Shown: piece after piece, positions 1 to 7,357 of the stretch
Layout of the letters: each line of letters begins with the position of its first letter
How positions within the stretch are numbered: position 1 is the stretch's first letter
Virus record (IMG/VR): IMGVR_UViG_3300025141_000021
Reading direction: 5' to 3' (one strand)
Origin: a virus
Length of the DNA stretch: 64,000 bases
Program-made: the position numbers and the translations under genes
The notes under the pieces: generated by a model
Told to the model about the DNA's origin: nothing
Database searches by the model: none
Seen by the model: the letters and a program-made list of their open reading frames with translations, nothing else

Positions 1-436
1 CCTGAACTGTAGCTCCTGGGATAAGAGGGAACTCTTGTATGCTTGCAGAGTTTTGCCACGCTGTTGTGCTAATGCCTAAGCGCCAGCCAGTCGGAGGAAG
101 AGCCAACATCATTGCCTCAATTCCATTTACAACTGATTGTGCATGTTGATTCATAGACCCCGATTGATCTATAAGCCAAATGATATCAACCCCGTTAACC
201 GTGTAAGGTTGCTCAAAAGAGTCAATCCATACATCACCGCCGTTGCCGGGAACTGGTACCTCTACTTCAACTTCGACTTCAACTTCGACCGGGACTTCGA
301 CTTCGACTATTACTTCAACTTCGACCGGGACTTCGACATATACGGTCTCAGGTTCATGCAGGCTATAAAGTGCATAATCCCCCTCAATACAACTCGCCAG
401 CATCAACATAAGGAGTATCGGAAGGACGCGGCGCAT
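1..436 (-). CDS. Lipoprotein with (VE)n low-complexity linker and vWA (MIDAS) domain; 3' end runs off the window
   Basis: Manual translation from ATG at 436: MRRVLPILLMLMLASC (lipobox LASC), then VEVPVEVEV repeats, then DIIWLIDQSGSM (DxSxS MIDAS). Absent from the ORF track; its ATG overlaps the protease TGA by 1 nt. Confidence 0.8.
   Translation of the reverse strand, partial: MRRVLPILLMLMLASCIEGDYALYSLHEPETVYVEVPVEVEVIVEVEVPVEVEVEVEVEVPVPGNGGDVWIDSFEQPYTVNGVDIIWLIDQSGSMNQHAQSVVNGIEAMMLALPPTGWRLGISTTAWQNSASIQEFPLIPGATVQ
258..337. repeat. Coding tandem repeat (6-bp acttcg/acttca units) encoding Val-Glu repeats
   Basis: 26-bp acttcaacttcgaccgggacttcgac occurs at 276-301 and 312-337. Confidence 0.85.
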
Positions 437-1263
437 CAGTCTGGTAAACCTCCCCTTCTTGGCGAGGGTGCGCCTGGAATTTGTTTCATCTTGGGCCACT
501 GTTCCTTGTCAGATAATTTCAATCGCACCTTAATCATTTCCTCGTCTAGTTTCCACGAAGGAACAACCCAAATAAGATCTTCTACAATTTGTGGCGAATA
601 ATAGTCAAAGCTTGCGACATCAACTGCGACCACTATTCCAACGAAACGACCAGCGTAATCAAAAAGGCCAGAACCTGAAGCCCCCATCCATCCGTAGCTA
701 TGAACGATAAGCCGATCATCTTGCCCCACAGCCCCGGCAACTCTGCCAGTTATCGTCAGCAAATCATATTTGTTAGGATAGCCAGAATAGACAACATCTG
801 TTCCAACAAGATCATGTTCTTTTTGTGGACGATAATTTATAGGCTTGCGAGTTTTAAGTTGTGGCACCTGGATTATCGCATAATCGTCTATTAGACTTTT
901 GATTAGAACTCTGCCAAGTACTATTTCACCGTCGCGACCGTGTATTAAAACATTTGAAAAATTGTCGACAACGTGAGCGGCAGTTATTACAACGTGGTAA
1001 CCATACATTTTCATGTATGCACCAGAGCCATACCCGTCTTCATCCGGTCTCTCCACTTTGACAGCGGAGGTTCTAGAAAGGTCTAGTGCCCTAGGGGCGC
1101 CTGTATGTGTTTTGGGCTCTTCTGGGTTATCTTTGGTTAAAGATATAGGCAGGCTATCTTGCCAATCCTTTTGTATAAAAGTGTTACCAGCTTCTGCGTA
1201 TATGAAAAAACTAAGCCATATACTTAAAACTGATCCTATTATCCAACCTCTCCTAAATAACAC
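436..1263 (-). CDS. Trypsin-like serine protease with N-terminal signal/TM segment
   Basis: TAAHVV (His), DYAII (Asp) and GASGSG (Ser) triad motifs; hydrophobic N-terminus. Confidence 0.85.
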   Translation of the reverse strand: MLFRRGWIIGSVLSIWLSFFIYAEAGNTFIQKDWQDSLPISLTKDNPEEPKTHTGAPRALDLSRTSAVKVERPDEDGYGSGAYMKMYGYHVVITAAHVVDNFSNVLIHGRDGEIVLGRVLIKSLIDDYAIIQVPQLKTRKPINYRPQKEHDLVGTDVVYSGYPNKYDLLTITGRVAGAVGQDDRLIVHSYGWMGASGSGLFDYAGRFVGIVVAVDVASFDYYSPQIVEDLIWVVPSWKLDEEMIKVRLKLSDKEQWPKMKQIPGAPSPRRGGLPD

Positions 1264-1388
1264 ACGCGGCCCTCCACTACAGGCACCCTCTCCTTAGTAA
1301 CTATGCGGTTATAAGTTGTTTTCCGATAATCGGTAAAAAAATTGTGATATTATACCATAAAAATCAAAAATTTTCAGAATTTTGACTT

Positions 1389-2048
1389 TTAGTCTTTTTT
1401 ATTTTTGTTGAATCCGAAGCCTTTTAGCTTTCTGATGGTGTCGTCGGCATTTTTGTGATATATTCCGATTCCGCCGGCTTGTCTCCATGGAACAATGTTT
1501 GTCTGATAGAAATCGTCAATCAAAATTGCATTGGGCTTGGCCCAGCCACTCTTGCCGGGAGGGTTTGGCGCCATAAAAACTTTATTTGGGGTTATCCCTA
1601 AATGTTTTTCCGCCCAAACTCTTTTTCCTTCTTCTGAGCCGGGTTGCTGCGGAGTTGTAAGAAGTATGGGGTTGTACGGCTTAATAAATTCCCACAGTCG
1701 ATCTGCATCCGGCATCTTTGGCAGATTCGCCCAAAACTTTTCATCGTCGCCAACACGTTTTATCATGTAGCTTATGGCATGCCTAATTTTTCCTTCGCTC
1801 TTACCTATGTGTGTCAACGTGATTTCGTCAACCCCGGCTTCTTTTAATGCTTTTCTTAACTTACCCATTCTTGTCATGCCGCCAGTTGGCTTTCTGTCTG
1901 GAATTGACATGTCTTTAAGGTCTTTGTTTATTACTTCTAGCACGGGCGTAACAAAGTCTGCCAACACACCATCCATATCGCAAAATATTTGAAATTCGCC
2001 TTCAGCTTCATTCAAATACTTCCGCCAATTTTCAAGTATTAGTTTCAT
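1389..2048 (-). CDS. HAD-family 5'(3')-nucleotidase with ENW leader
   Basis: FCDMDGVLADF (DxD) and ILIDD motifs; N-terminus MKLILENWRKYLNE. Confidence 0.8.
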   Translation of the reverse strand: MKLILENWRKYLNEAEGEFQIFCDMDGVLADFVTPVLEVINKDLKDMSIPDRKPTGGMTRMGKLRKALKEAGVDEITLTHIGKSEGKIRHAISYMIKRVGDDEKFWANLPKMPDADRLWEFIKPYNPILLTTPQQPGSEEGKRVWAEKHLGITPNKVFMAPNPPGKSGWAKPNAILIDDFYQTNIVPWRQAGGIGIYHKNADDTIRKLKGFGFNKNKKD

Positions 2049-2428
2049 CCTGCACCTCCAAACATTCTCTTAAACACTTCTGGAGTTTCTGGATTATCTA
2101 GATCCAAGATTTTTGCTTTTATACTCTCGACCTTTTGATCTATCGCTTTTTGAAGACGATGATTTCCATCTAGAACAAATCGGTATTGTCCTCCGCTCTT
2201 TACAACGATAACTGGATACTCTAAACTTGCGGCTGCTACTCTTTCTGCTCCGCGTGTTGGCAAAGGCGGCAATTGTTGCGAGAGTTCTAAAACATTAACA
2301 TCAACAGTCTCATCTCCTAGATAATCAACCACATCTCCGATTGTAACTTTTTCATCGTCAGTTTCCCACGATGTATCGCGCCAATCTTCTGTTATATACT
2401 TCCGCCAGTTTTCAAGTAGGAGTTTCAT
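2045..2428 (-). CDS. ParB/Srx-like domain protein with ENW leader
   Basis: YPVIVV...VLDGNHRLQKA ParB-type motif; leader MKLLLENWRKYITE. Confidence 0.7.
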   Translation of the reverse strand: MKLLLENWRKYITEDWRDTSWETDDEKVTIGDVVDYLGDETVDVNVLELSQQLPPLPTRGAERVAAASLEYPVIVVKSGGQYRFVLDGNHRLQKAIDQKVESIKAKILDLDNPETPEVFKRMFGGAG

Positions 2429-3154
2429 TTATTCCTCCACATCGTGTCTCAATCGCTGTGCCACCGAACGCCCCGCAGAAGCAGCCTTTGTCCCTCTTTC
2501 TGACGGTTTGGGTCGGCCTCTGGCTTGCCATTCTTCTGAGCCGGGGCGCCTTGGTTTCTCACCACCAGGATGAGAATATAGCGTCAATAAAATGGCATTC
2601 TTCTCTTCTTTTGGCACAGCGGCCCAAACATCTTCGCCCCATAAATCTTTTACATAACGAATATAGGCGGCGGCATAATTAATGCCTATTTCATCATCAT
2701 CAGCGATAAGTCTTTGCAATTCACCCATGCTCATATCAGGAGAATAGCCGTCTGGTACATAAAGTCCTTTCTCGGATATTTTTTTGGCGGTTTCTCCTTT
2801 AACCTGTCCAATTCCCATTGATGTATTTTTAAGACCTATGTAACCTAATAAATCTCCTAGTGCTCTAGGATACATTCTTATGTACTCATCCATCAGAATT
2901 CCTATTAGCATTTCCGGCTCGATGCCTTGTTTTCTGGCTGCGGCATGTATCTCATTGGTATATTTTTGGAGGTAGCTCCACGCCTCGTCGGCTTTCTCTT
3001 TGTATTCTGAAGCTTCCCCTTCTTCTGGATCTTTCATTGACCAAGATCCGCGAGGCAAACCAAATACTTCGTCAAGTCGCTCTTCGGTTAAATTAAAGTT
3101 TTCACCTCGAACATCTTTTTGGTATCTTCGCCAATTTTCAAATAGTATCTTCAT
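2429..3154 (-). CDS. Lysozyme/transglycosylase-like fold protein with ENW leader
   Basis: AARKQGIEPEMLIGILMDE, SMGIGQV and GINYAAAY resemble SLT motifs; leader MKILFENWRRY. Confidence 0.5.
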   Translation of the reverse strand: MKILFENWRRYQKDVRGENFNLTEERLDEVFGLPRGSWSMKDPEEGEASEYKEKADEAWSYLQKYTNEIHAAARKQGIEPEMLIGILMDEYIRMYPRALGDLLGYIGLKNTSMGIGQVKGETAKKISEKGLYVPDGYSPDMSMGELQRLIADDDEIGINYAAAYIRYVKDLWGEDVWAAVPKEEKNAILLTLYSHPGGEKPRRPGSEEWQARGRPKPSERGTKAASAGRSVAQRLRHDVEE

Positions 3155-3377
3155 TACAATCCTTCCTGTTCTGAGGTGTTCTCTCTTCTAAGTAGTCAAT
3201 AAGTGAGCATATATCCGAACCCAACGGTGGTTTAAAAAAAGGCAAGGCGCCGTGGATCAATTGAGCCCAGGATGAGACCTGAAGTTTAATTGCAACCAAC
3301 AAGGCAACTTTAAAGTGTTCCCAGTAGCCCTCCTTAACTTCGCTAAGGTGGGTTGTTAAAAGCTCTCGCATTTTCAT
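3138..3377 (-). CDS. Small hypothetical protein
   Basis: Likely start MKMRELL at 3377; HLSEVKEGYWEHF...IHGALPF. Confidence 0.55.
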   Translation of the reverse strand: MKMRELLTTHLSEVKEGYWEHFKVALLVAIKLQVSSWAQLIHGALPFFKPPLGSDICSLIDYLEERTPQNRKDCNEDTI

Positions 3378-3393
3378 CACACAGAATCTCCCT

Positions 3394-4560
3394 TTAGGCC
3401 CGGAGGTATACCCTAAGATCATCGAAATTATTTTGGATTTTGCCGCCGTGGACCGCTGTTAATAAATAGTCAAGAATTTCGCCAACTTCCGGACCTCGAT
3501 AACCCAAGCTCATTATATCCTGACCAGTTATATCCAACTCTTTAGCATTAAGGGGAAGACTTAAAGCTTTGTCGGCCCTGGCTGCTTCTTCGGTGAATCC
3601 GGCGGAGTTGAGAACTTTAATTATGAACGGAAGCTTCTCCCGATGATTGGCTGCATACTGTGTTGGTGGTGCTCCAGATATTGCGTCTTGAGCTAGTTGA
3701 AGATACAGTTTCATTTCTCTAGATAAGGGCAGTCGTTCTATATCACCACCGCGAAGGAAAAAAGAAATAAAGTTGCCCAGTACGAGTTCCTCATCTGTGC
3801 TCTGATCAAGTTTAATTGGGATTGGGCGGAATGAGGGTCCAAACAATGTTTCTCCGACACCAGTACCTTTTAATAAATCAACGAGGTGGTCCGAGTCAGC
3901 TAAGCCCTTGGTCCAAGCCTTCGTTAACTCAGCCAGAATTCGCTCGCGAGCAACTAAATCTAGATTCTCCGCATATCTTTCCATCGCCATAGCTGTCTCG
4001 GGCTCAATATCAAATCCGAATCTAACTGCAAATTGAATTGCTCTAAGGATTCGCAGAGGGTCCTCCTTAAACCTTTCCATTGGATTGCCCACGGCTTTAA
4101 TAACTTTATTTTGGATATCTTGAACTCCTCCGAACAAATCGACTATTCTGCCATTTGTATCTTTTGCCAGAGCGTTCATGGTAAAATCTCTGCGACCTAA
4201 GTCATCTTCAATGGGCGCCATAGGGTCGGTAACAATATTGAAGTCCTTGTGCCCGAAGCCAGTGCTCTCTTCTTTTCTGGGTAGCGCAAAGTCAAAGCTT
4301 TCTCCGTCAATAATTGCCGTGACTGTGCCAAAAGCTGCGCCTATCGGCAAAACCTTACCCATAGGTTTTAGTGTTACAATCAATTCATCTAACGGCATGC
4401 CTCGGACCAAAAAATCAACGTCTTTTGATGCGGGCGTATCAGGCATGATCTCATCGCGGACGGCACCGCCAACAATATAAGTTTCTGCTCCGGCAGCTGC
4501 CAGTGTTGATTGAATTTCCTCAACCGTTGCAGGATCGATGGCTTCAATTAAGAGCTTCAT
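3394..4560 (-). CDS. cca: Class II tRNA nucleotidyltransferase (CCA-adding enzyme / poly(A) polymerase family)
   Basis: VGGAVRD, DVDF, DLGRRDFTMNALA and EDPLRILRA motifs; CCA-type C-terminus (LDITGQDIMSLG..GPEVGEIL); no HD domain; truncated leader MKLLIE. Confidence 0.9.
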   Translation of the reverse strand: MKLLIEAIDPATVEEIQSTLAAAGAETYIVGGAVRDEIMPDTPASKDVDFLVRGMPLDELIVTLKPMGKVLPIGAAFGTVTAIIDGESFDFALPRKEESTGFGHKDFNIVTDPMAPIEDDLGRRDFTMNALAKDTNGRIVDLFGGVQDIQNKVIKAVGNPMERFKEDPLRILRAIQFAVRFGFDIEPETAMAMERYAENLDLVARERILAELTKAWTKGLADSDHLVDLLKGTGVGETLFGPSFRPIPIKLDQSTDEELVLGNFISFFLRGGDIERLPLSREMKLYLQLAQDAISGAPPTQYAANHREKLPFIIKVLNSAGFTEEAARADKALSLPLNAKELDITGQDIMSLGYRGPEVGEILDYLLTAVHGGKIQNNFDDLRVYLRA

Positions 4561-5018
4561 CGCACTGAATCTCCCGGGTTGCCAGTTAAGTTTGCAAGAG
4601 AAATATGAAATACGCGATTGGGCTCGGGATCTGGCTCTCCCCCAACCATCTCCATAATTTGATTGATATAAAATCGCATCTCATCTTGGTTCTCTAAGAC
4701 AACAACCCACGACTTTCTCCCTAATTCGTCGTCGGCCCGCTCAGACCATCCACTTTGTATCCTAATATCGGGGGGTTCTGGGAGTTGACCAGCTTGCAAA
4801 AGTCCCTTAAAATGGCTCCTATGGGGCCTTAACACGCTCTGGTGAGCAAGTGTGACGTGTAGGTTCTTATCTTCCATCGGTACTGCTTCTTCTGGCAGCG
4901 TTTTCATCAGCCGATGGAGGTCTTCAATAACTTCTGGCGGTGGAGTAAGTTTTAATATACCTTTGAATTGAATCTCTTCGTTCAGATACTTCCGCCAGTT
5001 TTCAAGTAGGAGTTTCAC
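4557..5018 (-). CDS. 2H phosphoesterase (cyclic phosphodiesterase) with ENW leader
   Basis: Two HxT/S motifs (LHVTL, FHISL) in 153 aa; leader MKLLLENWRKYLNE. Confidence 0.75.
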   Translation of the reverse strand: MKLLLENWRKYLNEEIQFKGILKLTPPPEVIEDLHRLMKTLPEEAVPMEDKNLHVTLAHQSVLRPHRSHFKGLLQAGQLPEPPDIRIQSGWSERADDELGRKSWVVVLENQDEMRFYINQIMEMVGGEPDPEPNRVFHISLANLTGNPGDSVR

Positions 5019-5743
5019 CAGCCACCATCCCCCGGATCAGAACTAAATACTGAGGAGTCAATAATCTTGAAGTTACCGCCCTTGTCAAATCCAATATTGC
5101 CTTTGTCCAGTTCAAACTTATCAATCTCAAATTCGTGCATTGCTTTGCTTAGTTCTTGGTAAGCTCGTCCTGCAACAGGGGGGAGGACTTGTTGAAGCAC
5201 CTCTGCCCGGGCAGCCCAGGTAGCGGCCGAGGCGACTTCGTTAATCGGTCTATCGTCGCGAAAAGATGCCATAATCATCTTCATGACGTGAAAGGGGTCT
5301 GCCGGGTTAAACTGCAGTTCATCGGCGACTTTTAATAAAGCCTCCTGCTCTTTGGGAAAAGATTTATCTAGAACCCTCTGCATTTGACTTGGCCAAGTGA
5401 TTGGAGGCGTGTTTTCCATCACAATCCAAGAAAAATCATCGGAATGTGCATATGCCTTTGGAAAAATGAATGGGTAACGTTTTGCTGTCTCAAAGTCGTC
5501 CTTGTTCATCTGCATTTTATAGTCGTCAGGGTCATGAATAACTTTGATGACATATTCAGGGTCTCCAACGGGCTCATATACTTTGCGAAAAGAGCCACCT
5601 CCGATCTTTTTGAAACGATCAGATTCCACGATGGCTTGGATTTCTTTTAAGTCATCGGTTGCTTGGAATTCTTTAAGCCACGGGAAATGCTCCGCTTCTC
5701 CTTCTGTTATATACTTCCGCCAGTTTTCAAGTAGGAGTTTCAC
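5015..5743 (-). CDS. Protein kinase-like fold protein with ENW leader
   Basis: IGGGSFRKVY G-loop, VIK lysine, ELDKGNIG catalytic-loop-like segment and KIIDS; GTG start. Confidence 0.7.
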   Translation of the reverse strand: MKLLLENWRKYITEGEAEHFPWLKEFQATDDLKEIQAIVESDRFKKIGGGSFRKVYEPVGDPEYVIKVIHDPDDYKMQMNKDDFETAKRYPFIFPKAYAHSDDFSWIVMENTPPITWPSQMQRVLDKSFPKEQEALLKVADELQFNPADPFHVMKMIMASFRDDRPINEVASAATWAARAEVLQQVLPPVAGRAYQELSKAMHEFEIDKFELDKGNIGFDKGGNFKIIDSSVFSSDPGDGGW

Positions 5744-6636
5744 TTGTCACTCCTGTGATATCCCGATCTTTTTTTGCGCAAGCCAATAGCGACTCGGCTT
5801 TGAGGTTCTGATATGTCAGTTGCTGACGACTGCTGAAGGGTCATAAATATTTCTTTTGTCATTGCCATCATCATTCTTACGTCGGCTAACGCGTTATGCC
5901 ACTCGTCCGTACTAACTTCATACGCCGCGGCTACTGGGCCCATTGATGCTGATGTATATTCGCCATATTCGCCCTTCCTGGATAGTGCTTGCAAAATTCT
6001 TTGTGCTCTTTCGTCTCCCTCTTTAGCTAGAGCCTTAATTAGGGGGTGGTGCCACAGCTTAATCAACATCATGGTGTCGAAGATCGGATAGCTTCGAAGA
6101 TTGGCTTTTAACCCATAGAGATCTGCTCTGCCCTGAACGAAGTCTATATCAAATCTGGCATTCTGTGCAACCAATATTGGGTTGGGCTGGCTCTCGATAT
6201 ATGAGATGAATTCCTTTATGACATCAATTTCCTCGGGCATTCCTTTGGGGTACTTCTCTCGGTATTCATCACTTGGCATGCCGTAACGTGTTAATTTTAA
6301 AGGGAATTTTGGATCCTTGCCCTCTGGCGGTGGTTCTTTATAACCCGCTAAAGTTTCCGGAGTTAACTTTATTTTGTCGTAGAACAGCCCTCGCTCAGCC
6401 TCAACCTCAGTAAACTGCCAGTTGTCTGGGTGTGCAGATACTGCACCAATCTCTGTTATCTGCGCAGTATCCGGCTTAAAGCCTGTGGTTTCCGTGTCAA
6501 AGAATATCCAAGTACTATCACCAAAAGCCTTGAGCATTTCAAATAGCGATTCAATCGAGGACTCAAAAAAGTCATCGTTCAAGATATATGCTTCTTTAAG
6601 CATATACTTTCTCCAGTTTTCAAATAGAAGTTTCAT
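5740..6636 (-). CDS. DEDDh 3'-5' exonuclease (DnaQ-like) with ENW leader
   Basis: FFDTETTG, AQNARFD and HNALAD motifs; leader MKLLFENWRKYMLKE. Confidence 0.85.
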   Translation of the reverse strand: MKLLFENWRKYMLKEAYILNDDFFESSIESLFEMLKAFGDSTWIFFDTETTGFKPDTAQITEIGAVSAHPDNWQFTEVEAERGLFYDKIKLTPETLAGYKEPPPEGKDPKFPLKLTRYGMPSDEYREKYPKGMPEEIDVIKEFISYIESQPNPILVAQNARFDIDFVQGRADLYGLKANLRSYPIFDTMMLIKLWHHPLIKALAKEGDERAQRILQALSRKGEYGEYTSASMGPVAAAYEVSTDEWHNALADVRMMMAMTKEIFMTLQQSSATDISEPQSRVAIGLRKKRSGYHRSDK

Positions 6637-6857
6637 TAGTTTTCATATTCGCCGGCGCCGGGATCGGTTAAATAGTTCACGCGCAAAACTATATTTTTAG
6701 TTTTAACATCTGCCATCATTGTAATTAAATCATTTGCTACAACAGCGGTTAGCTCATCTTGAGAAAGTATAAGTTCTCCCCCCTCCTTCTTAACAATTGC
6801 TGTTAGCAATACGAGAAGATATTTTGCATCGCCTAAATAACTCCTTTTTTTTGACAT
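6636..6857 (-). CDS. Small hypothetical protein
   Basis: 73-aa ORF coupled by 1-nt overlaps to both neighbours. Confidence 0.6.
   Translation of the reverse strand: MSKKRSYLGDAKYLLVLLTAIVKKEGGELILSQDELTAVVANDLITMMADVKTKNIVLRVNYLTDPGAGEYEN
6669..6676 (-). promoter_or_regulatory. Putative late-promoter motif ACTATTTA
   Basis: Same motif as upstream of structural genes; 33 nt before the exonuclease start. Confidence 0.45.
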
Positions 6858-7357
6858 CAGTTACTCCATCCCATTCCTGCTCTTTGGCCTGGAGATTCGT
6901 GGCTGTCAAGCCACTCAAGCGCCTTTTGCAAAGAACTCCTAAGGCCGGGAACACTATCATATTGTTCTATTTCTTCCATCGCAACCCACGCAAAGTCGTC
7001 ATTTTCATAATCTAGTGTTACGTCTCCTGTAAACTCTCTTGTGGCATAAAAATGAATATCGGCCAAATCGTCTTTGCCCTCCATTTGAATTGTCTCTACC
7101 GATACCAAGCCCACACTCCCAAGGTCTAGGCTAGTTTCTTCTTTTGTTTCTCGCCTCATGCCTTCTTCCGCTGTCTCGCCCTCTTCAACGTGGCCGCCGA
7201 CCAAACTCCATTTTCCCGGCATCCAACTGGTGCCTTTGGCGCGCCTAAGAATTAAAGTTTTATTCTGGGAATCAAATATGGCTATCTTCGCAAGTTTAGT
7301 TTTCTCTTCCTCTTGCTCATTTATAAAATGGTGCCAGTTTTCGAAAAGTCGTTTCAT
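6857..7357 (-). CDS. Nudix hydrolase with ENW leader
   Basis: Nudix box GGHVEEGETAEEGMRRETKEET; leader MKRLFENWHHFINE. Confidence 0.88.
   Translation of the reverse strand: MKRLFENWHHFINEQEEEKTKLAKIAIFDSQNKTLILRRAKGTSWMPGKWSLVGGHVEEGETAEEGMRRETKEETSLDLGSVGLVSVETIQMEGKDDLADIHFYATREFTGDVTLDYENDDFAWVAMEEIEQYDSVPGLRSSLQKALEWLDSHESPGQRAGMGWSN

Noticed and set aside
258-337. CRISPR-like or origin repeats
   Set aside because: These are short in-frame coding repeats without unique spacers, and no cas genes are present.
137-601. + strand ORF with FNFDFDRD repeats
   Set aside because: It is the antisense shadow of the Val-Glu repeat in the minus-strand lipoprotein gene.
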